Below, piece after piece: positions 44,101-54,569 of a stretch of 64,000 nt of DNA (position 1 is its first letter; the number at the start of each line of letters is the position of its first letter). The notes beneath the pieces are model-generated. The model made no database searches and was not told the origin of the DNA. It was given only the letters and a program-made list of their open reading frames with translations. The stretch spans positions 682,001 to 746,000 of the forward strand of contig JAANOX010000205.1 in NCBI GenBank assembly GCA_020184695.1, written 5' to 3'. This DNA is from Histomonas meleagridis 2922-C6/04-290x. Taxonomy: Eukaryota > Protista > Parabasalia. The position numbers and the translations under genes are program-made.

Positions 44101-45320
44101 TTATTTGAATAATTTAGAATATGTTTTAATAATTTGTAATATGTTTTAATAATTTGGAACTGCACTTCATATAGCAGTTAAAAATAATAATATAGGAATA
44201 GTAAAATTACTATTAGATAAAGGAATTGATGTTAATGCAAAAGATATTCATTTGAATAATTTGGAATATGTTTTAATAATTTTTTATATGTTTTAATAAT
44301 TTTGGATACGTTTTAATAATTTGAAATATGTTTTAATAATTTGAAACAGCACTTCATATAGTAGTTAGAAATAATAATATAGAAATAGTAAAATTACTTT
44401 TAGATAAAGAAGGAATTGATGTTAATGAAAAAACTATTCATTTGAATAATTTTATATATGTTTTAATAATTTTTTATATGTTTTAATAATTTGAGACAGC
44501 ATTTCATATAGCAGTTAGAAATAATAATATAGAAATAGTAAAATTACTTTTAGATAAAGAAGGAATTGATGTTAATGCAAAAAATATTCATATGAATAAT
44601 TTTGGATACGTTTTAATAATTTGAAATATGTTTTAATAATTTGAAACAGCACTTCATATAGTAGTTAGAAATAATAATATAGAAATAGTAAAATTACTTT
44701 TAGATAAAGAAGGAATTGATGTTAATGAAAAAACTATTCATTTGAATAATTTTATATATGTTTTAATAATTTTTTATATGTTTTAATAATTTTTTATATG
44801 TTTTAATAATTTGAGACAGCATTTCATATAGCAGTTAGAAATAATAATATAGAAATAGTAAAATTACTTTTAGATAAAGAAGGAATTGATGTTAATGCAA
44901 AAAATATTCATATGAATAATTTATAATATGTTTTAATAATTTTATATATGTTTTAATAATTTGAAACAGCACTTCATATAGCAGTTAGAAATAATAATAT
45001 AGAAATAGTAAAATTACTTTTAGATAAAGAAGGAATTGATGTTAATGCAAAATATATTCATTTGAATAATTTTGGATATTTTTTAATAATTTTATATATG
45101 TTTTAATAATTTGAAACAGCACTTCATATAGCAGTTAGAAATAATAATATAGAAATAGTAAAATTACTTTTAGATAAAGAAGGAATTGATGTTAATACAA
45201 AAGATATTCATTTGAATAATTTGGAATAGGTTTTAATAATTTGGAATACGTTTTAACAATATTTAACTGAAATTCAAAATGCACAACAAAAAGGCTAAAC
45301 AGAAATAGTAAATTTATCGT
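44099..45320 (+). repeat. Ankyrin cassette array E: 8 cassettes with spacers built of 20-nt minisatellite units
   Basis: Cassette starts at 44159, 44346, 44496, 44646, 44816, 44966, 45116 and 45266. Spacer unit TTTTAATAATTT(G/T)..ATATG. Confidence 0.9.
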
Positions 45321-45964
45321 AAAAAAAGTACAAACCAAAATTCTAATTAAATTTCAAATCTTCATTTTCATATAGAAATGGAAATGAAGCATATATCGCT
45401 AAGGATGTGGTGAATGACCACAAAAATTAAAAATAAAATAAATTTGTCTAAAAATATTCATTCAGACCGTTTAAAAAAGCATTCAGTATTGCAAAGAAAC
45501 AGCTATCGGCATTGGAACCTCACAAAGAGAATACTGTTAATGCTTCCTCATTCATTGAATAAAGCATCCTCAATAACCAAGTGAATGCTTGGGTAATCTC
45601 TGTGTGCGTTTTGGGTCAGTCCAATTTATTCTAAAACAAAATATTAAAATTAGTGTTTTTCGTCAAGGGCAGATTTCTCCCCACAAATGCGCTGCGTGTG
45701 TATATATAAATACATTATTTTTCCAAAAAGCAAAAGAAAATGTTTTATTTTTAAAATGGATAATATGTCTTTGGTACTTTTGCTTTTATCTGTGATAATA
45801 CCTTAAACATGAGACGAATACCAAATTACTGTATGAAAAAGTTAAGCCACTTCAATTTACTTCTTCTTAATAATATAAATTAGATTATCTCAAGCAAAGA
45901 CTTTCAAATATTTTTAAGATTAGATAAATAAAAGCAAAATTGGTATTTAATAAATTAAAATATT

Positions 45965-46420
45965 TTAGCAATTGAATATCTTTTTAATTAATGCTTTGAA
46001 AGCAGTCCATCCAATTGTATATAATGTAAGCATAAAAAAGAATAATGAAATGACTTCAGCAATGACAAAAATAATAGCTAAAGGAGTGGACTTAATAGCT
46101 AAAGAAGAAATAAAAACCATTATAATTGAACCTAAAAGAACACATGCTGATATTAAATGTGCCATTTCTTTTAACTTATGTATATGTTTTTTTGGTCCAG
46201 CAATGAAAAAACTTCCACCAATTGATGCAATAATTCCAAGTGTATACACAACTGCAAAAACAGCTAAATCACCAGATGCAAAACTAATAAATGAAAGAAA
46301 TGAAAAAAGAACACCAACTCCGCTACATATTATCCCAGCAATAATTCTTGTTTTAAATGAAAGATTACAACATTCTTCATCATCTTTATCACCAGTAAGT
46401 GCTAATCCGATTGTTGACAT
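45965..46420 (-). CDS. SFT2/Got1-family vesicle transport protein
   Basis: CCNLSFKTRIIAGIICSGVG…FAVVYTLG…FFIAGPKKH and four TM segments. Confidence 0.88.
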   Translation of the reverse strand: MSTIGLALTGDKDDEECCNLSFKTRIIAGIICSGVGVLFSFLSFISFASGDLAVFAVVYTLGIIASIGGSFFIAGPKKHIHKLKEMAHLISACVLLGSIIMVFISSLAIKSTPLAIIFVIAEVISLFFFMLTLYTIGWTAFKALIKKIFNC

Positions 46421-47416
46421 TTCTTTATGTCACTTTTTGTTTTATTATTCATGAATTACTTGTGAAAATTTCAAATATTTTTTTTTATCAAAAGACACAA
46501 AGGGCTTAAGATATTGCAAGGGTTTTTATCAAATTTCAATTAAATAAAATGCCATTTTAACTTTTTCAATTTTATGTGATCGATTTTTTCAATTGGAGCT
46601 TTATACCTCTTTTGGGGCAATAACCCCAATGAAAAGTAAATGCTCTGATGAATTTAATTATTTAATTAACAAAAATAAGTAGACCCATGTGAAAACATCA
46701 TTTTTCTTTAATCCAGAAATAAGATTAAAAAATATTTTATAGTTTTTTACAAGATTCACGAAATTTTCTAAAAGATATCTGGTTATTTTGAAAATTTGAA
46801 GAGGTCGTAAATCTTCATAAAATATCAATTAAGTGTTACTAATGCCACTGCCTTGTGTAACGAAACGCTTTTATCAGGCCAATCACTGATAGACCTTTGA
46901 GTCTTACACTATATAACGTTTTGGTAAGAGATTAAATAGATATTGGTATCCACAACATGTTGTTACAATTGTTTTTCAATTTTTTCATAAAAATTAGATA
47001 AATCTTTCCCCGAGTTTTCTAGGAGTTGATTTATATAAAAAAGTTTCTTTGTTTCTTCCATTCTTTGTATGTAGATACATTTGAATCTTAGTGTATCAAT
47101 TTAATTGAACGATAGGACACCGATAATTCCCTATCTCTTGTTTAATGTCCATTATTTGTAGCTTTTAAAGATAGATTTTAACAAAGTAAGCATGATCAAA
47201 ATATCTATGATATTTTTGATAGGATTAAGTTTGTGCAATCAATCAAAACTTTTAAATGTTTAAATTTTTGCCATAAATTCCAAACAAATTGGTAATTTTC
47301 TATGAATGATGAACTTTATCCCCTCATAAACAATGATTTGAGGCTACCGTCATTATTTAACATGTATGAAACATTTCATTGTGTTAACGTCTATCAAAAA
47401 GTGACAAAGCCCAGTC

Positions 47417-47851
47417 ATGAACCAGGAGGATGAAATGAAAAAATATCAGGCAAAGCTTGATGAACTAAAAAAAAAAACAGAGGAAGAAAAAGCTAAAGCA
47501 GAACAGCCACAAGAAAAGGTCACACAAGAAACAACAGAACTCACAACAGATAACAAATCCGATGAATGCTCAATTTGGGTCGGAAATGTTGATTGGTCTG
47601 TCAAGAAAGAAAAGCTAGAAGAATATTTCAGTTGTTGTGGTGCAATAAAAAGGAGTACAATTCCAACCGACCATTGGTCACACAAACCAAAAGGATATGC
47701 ATACATTGAGTTTGAAGAAAAAGAATCTGTTCAAAATGCGCTTTCATATAATGGTCATTTATTAAATGGAAGAAATATCAAAGTTACTCAAAAGAAGGAT
47801 GTACCGCATGTTCGTTCAATTAGGAGAAGGCGCGTTTTCCGTAGGCAATAA
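47417..47851 (+). CDS. RRM protein, nuclear poly(A)-binding protein (PABPN/Sgn1)-like
   Basis: Coiled-coil N-terminus, SIWVGNVD, KPKGYAYIEF, and Arg-rich tail. Confidence 0.85.
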   Translation: MNQEDEMKKYQAKLDELKKKTEEEKAKAEQPQEKVTQETTELTTDNKSDECSIWVGNVDWSVKKEKLEEYFSCCGAIKRSTIPTDHWSHKPKGYAYIEFEEKESVQNALSYNGHLLNGRNIKVTQKKDVPHVRSIRRRRVFRRQ

Positions 47852-48524
47852 ACACATAAATAACTTATTTCTCCTAAACCATTAAGATTAATCTGAAAAA
47901 TAATTTTCACCAAATTCATTCTTTTCATTAAATCTCTTTTTTGAATTGCTCTTAAATTATTTCTATTGTAATTAGGGAATTGGTGATAGGTTTCAAACAT
48001 ATTATGAAACAGTAGAAATATTTGATACATTAAACATGAAATATTATTATTGGAAATTTATATCAAAATATCAAATGCTATCATGTTAGCAAAAAAGATG
48101 TTAGAATATTTTATGAACATTTTATTTTCTATGAGCTCTTTGGTGCCGAAATTTCAATTACAGGTCGTACATCATTATATCAAAGGTCTTCATATTTCTT
48201 CAAATGTAAAAATTTTTCATGTATTACAATTTTTACATGTAAACTTAATTTTTATTTTATTTTTTTTTAAAGCAAGGAATACTAAATAAGGTTCGTCTTA
48301 TTTATCACAATCATTTTTTGATCACAACGTATTACAGTTATTATTTACATAAATGAAGAACATAGTAAAATATTCCATTTATAAAATATAATAAACCACA
48401 AAAATCATAACAATTGCTTGACACAAAAACCCATATATCAAAAAATAAAGGATTACATTCTGATCAATTTTACTGTATTTATTGCGAATATTAAATGAAA
48501 AAATTTGAATAATATTATATATTA

Positions 48525-48629
48525 AAGTGGTTGCATAAAGGTTTCCCAAACACTTCAGTTTTTGAATATAAATCCGATGATTTTTTATTCATTCGATTCT
48601 ATCGTTGGGAAACCTTTCTGCAACCACTT
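48525..48629. mobile_element. 105-bp MITE with 25-bp TIRs and TA flanks
   Basis: Left AAGTGGTTGCATAAAGGTTTCCCAA versus right TTGGGAAACCTTTCTGCAACCACTT (24/25 match). TA at 48523-24 and 48630-31. Confidence 0.8.
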
Positions 48630-48760
48630 TATTAAATTTGAACAAATTATGAATTTTGAAATTAAGCCAAAAAACAATATATGATGGTTATATGCTATAA
48701 ACAAATTACAGAAAAATCAAATTTTATAAAAATTCTTTCCAGAACTTTTGAAAAATATTT

Positions 48761-49528
48761 TTATTTGAGAACAAACGTGTACAGAGGCAATAAACCTTGA
48801 TCCCATCCTGTTTGTTTCTGAGATTCGATTAATTTCAAACCAGCGTTTTTGAACAATTCGATATAATGAACATATGTTCTGCAGATTCCCCGATCTTCTT
48901 CATAAAAAGTTGCGTTTTCCTTCTTCTCCTTCAAATTTTTTGTTCCAATATTGTCCTTTACAAAAATGTATCCATTTGGTTTAAGATGTGCTTTACATCT
49001 TTTCAAAAATGAGATCGCATCTTCATCAGTTAAATACATAATGGCCCATTGGATCCAAAAGGCATCATAATCGCAGTCAGGAGTCCAGTCTTGGATACCT
49101 GAAACAATTGTACGTATTGGAATATTAGAACTTTTGAGATTTTGAGTCGCGACTTCTAAAAATGAGGCAATAGGATCAATTAAATCAATGCTATCGAAGT
49201 ACGAGGAAAACACATGTTGCGAAACACGCCCAATTCCAGCACCGCAATCAGCAATGATTTGGTGGCCCATTTTTGGAAGCTTCGTCTTTTGTGGTATATT
49301 TTGATATTTTTTAATTATGTCTTCAGTGTTTAACACGTCAATACCAGAAAGCCATTCATAACCACCAAGCATTCCATTGACATTTGGATTTTGCTTTGAC
49401 CAATAATCAGTGGAAACATTGTACCAATTGCCTTGGAATTTCTTAAATACGTCGTCAGGATTTGCTAGACGAGGTGCATCTTTTGGATAGTCATCTGTTA
49501 TAGAAGGATCGAACCTTATAACGTTCAT
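48761..49528 (-). CDS. NTMT1: Alpha-N-terminal protein methyltransferase (NTM1 family)
   Basis: GMLGGY, DCGAGIGRV, WIQWAIMYLTDED, YIFVKDN. Confidence 0.92.
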   Translation of the reverse strand: MNVIRFDPSITDDYPKDAPRLANPDDVFKKFQGNWYNVSTDYWSKQNPNVNGMLGGYEWLSGIDVLNTEDIIKKYQNIPQKTKLPKMGHQIIADCGAGIGRVSQHVFSSYFDSIDLIDPIASFLEVATQNLKSSNIPIRTIVSGIQDWTPDCDYDAFWIQWAIMYLTDEDAISFLKRCKAHLKPNGYIFVKDNIGTKNLKEKKENATFYEEDRGICRTYVHYIELFKNAGLKLIESQKQTGWDQGLLPLYTFVLK

Positions 49529-49721
49529 ATGAGTAGATAAAAAGTGTCAGGCTAACGTACACATTTTTTTTCCTGAATTACACACGGAATATATCAAATT
49601 AAATGTTAGTTATGTTGTTAAAAACGACTACACTTTAAAATATCAATCTAAATAACCCAAAAAATAACATTTAATGAAATATGCTTACTCTTAAACAATT
49701 TGAGATTACAAGGAAGTGGTC

Positions 49722-50252
49722 TTAAAACAAAAAATTATGTTCTATGTAATCCATGAGAGCATCTGGGAAGAGACCAGATACAATGTCATAATCAAAAACA
49801 TCTTCATTTCCATTTGAATCACGCAACAAAACCATTAGCTTTTCATCTTCCTTGAATATTTTTTGTATGAAGTAGTCATTAGAAATTTCTTTATATGGTT
49901 CGGAATAATTCCAATTATTTTCTAAATCTATTTCTGTGGAAAACAATGACTCAGGCTTTAACATTACTGTATCTCCAATCTGCATTTGCCAAAACATTGC
50001 ATCTTTTGCATTAATATCAATATTTGGTAAAGTTTTTTTTTGTGTATTTGCTTGTCCTTTTGTTGCAAGATAAGCATTAAGGATATCCTGACAATTTACA
50101 AGGTTTTCTATTGGTTCCCAAGTGAAATCTTTAGGATCATCATATCCAACCCATTTTATATAAAACTTTCGAATTCCATTTTTAAAAACTTTGTCATCCA
50201 GAATGGCTTCAACTTCATAAATATTTTCTTCTTCTTCTTCCTCTTCATCCAT
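49722..50252 (-). CDS. Chromodomain protein (HP1-like N-terminus)
   Basis: acidic N-terminus, YEVEAILD…FYIKWVGYDDPKDFTWEPIENLVNC. Confidence 0.88.
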   Translation of the reverse strand: MDEEEEEEENIYEVEAILDDKVFKNGIRKFYIKWVGYDDPKDFTWEPIENLVNCQDILNAYLATKGQANTQKKTLPNIDINAKDAMFWQMQIGDTVMLKPESLFSTEIDLENNWNYSEPYKEISNDYFIQKIFKEDEKLMVLLRDSNGNEDVFDYDIVSGLFPDALMDYIEHNFLF

Positions 50253-50382
50253 TTCAAAATTTAATTAATAAACGTATTTCTATCGTACATCATTTCATTG
50301 GTTTATTACATTTGGCGAATGTTTGTTAACTTCAAAAGAAAAGAATACCCTCAAGGAGATTAACTCAATTGAACCTGTTTAT

Positions 50383-50817
50383 TTAGAATTTGAGTGGCTT
50401 GAACAACCATGACATCTTGCCATTGAGATACTTCTGACGAAGAACTTTTGAGATAGCTTGAAGTTCAGCCTTCTTTTGTTCAGTGTCCTCCATGGACTTG
50501 ATAACTTGGTCTGGCTTGACCTTGTTCCAGAAGTCTTCATCTTTCATCATATGACGAGTAAGAAGAAGATGGTTGAAGTTGACAGTCTTAACAAAAACTT
50601 TGACTTGGGTGCGCTTGACAAGGGTCTTTTGTGGCATATCCTTTGTAAGCTTCTTTGGTGATTTTTGGATTCCTATAACAACTGCATGTGGATACTTACG
50701 AGCTTCAGTTGGTTCTGGATATGCTTGTAAAACAATTGCTTTCTTTCCGGCATGGCGGCCATTAAGAAGGATAACAAAACGTCCTGGTTGAAGAAGAGTC
50801 TTGTTTTGGGTAGACAT
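50383..50817 (-). CDS. RPL27: 60S ribosomal protein L27 (eL27)
   Basis: LLQPGRFVILLNGRHAGKKA…HAVVIGIQKSP…VKVFVKTVNFNHLLLTR…WLFKPLKF. Confidence 0.96.
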   Translation of the reverse strand: MSTQNKTLLQPGRFVILLNGRHAGKKAIVLQAYPEPTEARKYPHAVVIGIQKSPKKLTKDMPQKTLVKRTQVKVFVKTVNFNHLLLTRHMMKDEDFWNKVKPDQVIKSMEDTEQKKAELQAISKVLRQKYLNGKMSWLFKPLKF

Positions 50818-50823
50818 TCTCGA

Positions 50824-50828
50824 AAAGG
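50824..50828 (-). promoter_or_regulatory. M5-type CCTTT element upstream of RPL27
   Basis: CCTTTtcgagaATG on the minus strand. Confidence 0.65.
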
Positions 50829-52023
50829 GAGGACCACAACCGCCGAAGACTTTATCGGTAAAACAAAAAGTAGACTTTGAAAAGTTTATATATTGACCAA
50901 CCAATTAAACCTTCTTCATGAAAGAAATCTTCTCTCATAATGTTGGTATCACTGATTGAAACAAAGATTATTCTTCTTTAAGAGAAATGGATACTTACTT
51001 CAGATAACTCTGGTTGTATTACTTCGTTTCATTGTTGACGGAAAGATGATCCATTATCATCACATAATTATCCTTATTATGAAATATCCGAAGTCTCCGA
51101 ATTTATTAATAAACATTATTATTGATTAAGCGTTCCATTACAACAATAAAAAATAAAATATATTTACTTTATTCATTTTATACATATCAAAATAAAATGA
51201 ATTTTTGTTCAAAGAATAAATAAAGTGATTTTTCAATTTAGAAAAAGAAGTTAAATCGAAACAATTTTTAAAGATACCAAATAGTTTTATCAGTGTTTCA
51301 TGCTATTATAATTTTGGACAAAAACAAAGCAACAGCAATTGCATAAAACAAATACTTTAAAATTTTAATAATTTTTTGAAGAGGTTGTATTTGAATGATT
51401 ATAATTATCTGGTGAGTTGGTTTTTACATAATTTTGTTCTTAACCAGGTTTCGTTCACATTTGAAGTAAAATCAAAGAAAAACATTAACTCTTCAGGCGG
51501 ACCAACAACTCGGAGGATTGCACATTCAAAACAATGAGATAGTTTATCAAATGTTTTGAATGAAGCAATTACATGTTTGAGTTTTTTAGTTGTTACTTGA
51601 ACATAAGGCAAGAGGGAATCGCAAATAAACGGCCGCTAATATTTTGAAAGTGACATTTTGCTCATGAAACTTTTTCTGTGTTTTAAGCGAAACATGAAAC
51701 AATATTCTGTTCTCAAAAACCAGTCAATTCAATAACCTTTCAAAAACTTGGTTCTGGGTTTCCTCTTGAAAGTGTAATGCAAATGATGCTCTTTTCCAAA
51801 AAAAGAACACACTCCTTCAGTTCCACAACGCTTTGAAAGGAACAAAACCCTCCGTAATGTGCCAAAATGATGATAAAAAAAAAAGTAGTGAATACAAATA
51901 AATTGATTAAACTCATCCAAAGGTTAGAGTAGTAATCCAATACACTGTAAGTAAAAAAGGAAATAACATAAAGAAATCTTTAATATGAATATAAATAAAT
52001 TCATGGATAAAGCTGTATATATT

Positions 52024-52248
52024 CTATGCTAATATTTCCGAGGTAATTCCATAAGTGCTCATTATATTTCCGTTCATGAATGAGCCGAAACTGGGACGAA
52101 TCTGTTGATTTGGAAAAAATGATCTATTTGATTTATGAATGAATGTTGGTCGTGAAGGTCTAACCAAAGCGCAACCGATAACTTCTGGATCTGTTCTGTA
52201 TGTTGATGAAAAGTTTGTTGACTCTGATGATGAAGAGCTGTCCTCCAT
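52024..52248 (-). CDS. Small hypothetical Ser-rich protein (74 aa)
   Basis: MEDSSSSSEST…; M3-like ACGGTT upstream; no recognisable domain. Confidence 0.4.
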   Translation of the reverse strand: MEDSSSSSESTNFSSTYRTDPEVIGCALVRPSRPTFIHKSNRSFFPNQQIRPSFGSFMNGNIMSTYGITSEILA

Positions 52249-52437
52249 TTGAAAATTTGAAATCGGTTTTTCCAACCGTTGCTGTCAATTTTGACACAAA
52301 CCACCCGGAGATTTATTTTGAATGGAATGGAAAATTTTGCAAAGAAAATATTGAAAAGTGGCAAATCCTGAATTGTGTTGAGACCAACAAATTCATGTGT
52401 CATTTATAAATGTGGGGAGAAAAAAGCAAAAGAGTCA

Positions 52438-53343
52438 TTAAGGAATATGAGAAAATATAAAATCAAAAATGTCTTTGAGAACAATTGAACGTGATTTTGT
52501 TTTGACAAGAGCATGTGACGCACCAGGATAAAGCTTGAATTCAACAATCCCTTTTGCTGAAAAATCCATTAGATCTTGGATCCATGCAATATTTGTTTTG
52601 GTATCAACCATCGAATCTGCTTCTCCTTGTAAAAATAAAACATGGATGTCGCTGGGCCAGTCACTAATGCTTTGTTGAATTTTCGTAATTGAATGAAGCA
52701 TAGAGTCTACAAATCTTGGAGTTGAAAATGGAGAAAACAATGGCGTTGCATAAACTTTTTTTGCAAACTCTTCGCTAACGTCAGGACCATTGTAATCGTC
52801 CCAATAACTTAGTATTGTGAATGGAGCAAATTTTGAATAAATCATAATTCTAAAACTTTGCAAAAAATTAATTCTATTTCCAGCATTACTAGAAATGAAA
52901 GGAGACTCAATAATAACATTGTTAATATATTGTGAAACAAAATGTGGTTTTTCAAATATTAATAATAAACAAGCTATGGAACCAGTAGAATATCCATATA
53001 GAAATATAGGAAGATCTGGAAATGATTCATGTGCTTTTGTGATTACTAGTTCTGTTTCTTGGCAAATTTCTTCAATTGTACAACCGCATCTTGGTCCAGG
53101 AGATCTTCCATGACCCATATGATCGCAACCTAGAAACACTCCATTATTTTTTAAAACCATATCTATAATATCATGTTTTGTTGTAAGGAAAGATCCAAGT
53201 TCATGAACATAAATTAAAACAAATTCGGGTTGTGTTTCTGGCCTCCATTCACAACCACGAAGTATGTATTCTCCATCGTTCAATGGTATTGTAAAATCTT
53301 CGCCATCATACTCAAAATTAAAAACAGCATCTTCTATTTCCAT
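52438..53343 (-). CDS. Alpha/beta hydrolase (lysophospholipase/monoglyceride lipase family)
   Basis: DHMGHGRSPG, nucleophile elbow GYSTG, LFLQGEADSMVD, YPGASHAL. Confidence 0.88.
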   Translation of the reverse strand: MEIEDAVFNFEYDGEDFTIPLNDGEYILRGCEWRPETQPEFVLIYVHELGSFLTTKHDIIDMVLKNNGVFLGCDHMGHGRSPGPRCGCTIEEICQETELVITKAHESFPDLPIFLYGYSTGSIACLLLIFEKPHFVSQYINNVIIESPFISSNAGNRINFLQSFRIMIYSKFAPFTILSYWDDYNGPDVSEEFAKKVYATPLFSPFSTPRFVDSMLHSITKIQQSISDWPSDIHVLFLQGEADSMVDTKTNIAWIQDLMDFSAKGIVEFKLYPGASHALVKTKSRSIVLKDIFDFIFSHIP

Positions 53344-53539
53344 ATAAGAAACAGAAATATCAAACAAAGTTTGTCAATTTACTTATTTCCTTAAATCATA
53401 TGGATATTCACTATGAAATATAAATGTGATTTACCGAATTGTATTTATTTTATTTCAGAATATGCTTTTTGATTTTACTTATTTTGTTGTTATGAAAATA
53501 CGTATTTTTATAAAATATTAATGACTACCTACAACATTA

Positions 53540-53830
53540 CAGATGTTCAAAATAATGCATTACATTTTTTCTTGTTATGATAACTATCAGATATTTCCCA
53601 AATCAACAAGTCTCTCTTGTAGAAAATTAGATTCTTGTAAAGGCATCCAAAATTTTTTTAGTATTTTTGGATTATCATATAGTTTTTTTCCTTCTTCTTC
53701 AATTGTATATGTAAACTTAAATACATATTCATGTATGAAATAATAGATGCGTATATAATATGAGTTACATAATGTGAATAATAAATAATCAGGAAAAAAG
53801 AATCTGGAAAAACTTATTTATTTCCACAAT
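53540..53830 (-). pseudogene. Fragment of a DUF3447-leader N-terminus resembling locus A
   Basis: aagtctctct(t)gtagaaaattagattcttgtaaaggcat near 53608-53646 closely matches 6841-6880; no intact frame. Confidence 0.6.
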
Positions 53831-53921
53831 CATAAAAATCACATGTAACCCCTTTTTTCATTTAAATCCAAAATTCAAAAGCAAACGATAGACAACTGTC
53901 GTAACTGTTTAATAAATTTTA

Positions 53922-54569
53922 ATGAAGCAATCGAAACATGATTTTCAGGAACAAATTAATACTAGTTTTAAATTTGTATTTTCTGGGTGTACAGAAGAAA
54001 TGTCTTGTATTTTGTTGATGATAGATCCAGATCGATTTCAACCGATCCATGATGTTACAGTTGGAGTAACATTTTCTATAAAAACAATACAAATTGATGG
54101 AAGAGATGTTAAACTTCAATTATGGGATGCATCCCAAGTGAAACATATATTTAAAAGTCGTAAAAATTATTTTAATGAAAGCGCGTGTACTATTATTATT
54201 TATGATATTGAGGATCCATCAGCACTTAAAAATATTCAATCAGATGTTCAAGATGCTCGAGAATATTCACCAAAAGATTGTCATATTGTAATTGCTGGTA
54301 ATCGCCAAAAACAAGATGCCAAATCATATTACGAAGAGCAAGTAAAATCATATGCCAAAGCAGAATGTATTCCTTATTATGAAATCTCTTCTTATTATAT
54401 TGGATTTGGGATCAAAGAATTATTCGATGATTGTGTGAAAGAAGTATATGAACAATATATATTTAAGAAGAAAAACGAATTTGTGTCTAAATCAAAGAAT
54501 GAAAAACTTAACAACACCCAAACATGTTTAAATCGAAAGTATCAAAGAGATAATGAAAATAGAAAATAA
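53922..54569 (+). CDS. Divergent Rab2-like small GTPase with degenerate G-boxes
   Basis: RFQPIHDVTVGVTF…IDGRDVKLQLWD resembles Rab2. The G1, G3 and G4 motifs and the C-terminal cysteines are lost. Confidence 0.7.
   Translation: MKQSKHDFQEQINTSFKFVFSGCTEEMSCILLMIDPDRFQPIHDVTVGVTFSIKTIQIDGRDVKLQLWDASQVKHIFKSRKNYFNESACTIIIYDIEDPSALKNIQSDVQDAREYSPKDCHIVIAGNRQKQDAKSYYEEQVKSYAKAECIPYYEISSYYIGFGIKELFDDCVKEVYEQYIFKKKNEFVSKSKNEKLNNTQTCLNRKYQRDNENRK

Noticed and set aside
44099-45320. CRISPR-like repeat-spacer array
   Set aside because: Eukaryotic context, repeats are ~90-nt coding ankyrin units, spacers are mutually homologous, and there are no cas genes.
45380-45700. GC-richer intergenic patch as a snoRNA or other ncRNA
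   Set aside because: No convincing C/D or H/ACA boxes or fold could be identified by eye.
51405-51940. Small ORFs 51405..51611, 51729..51920 and 51740..51940
   Set aside because: No recognisable motif, conflicting frames and weak or absent starts; insufficient support.
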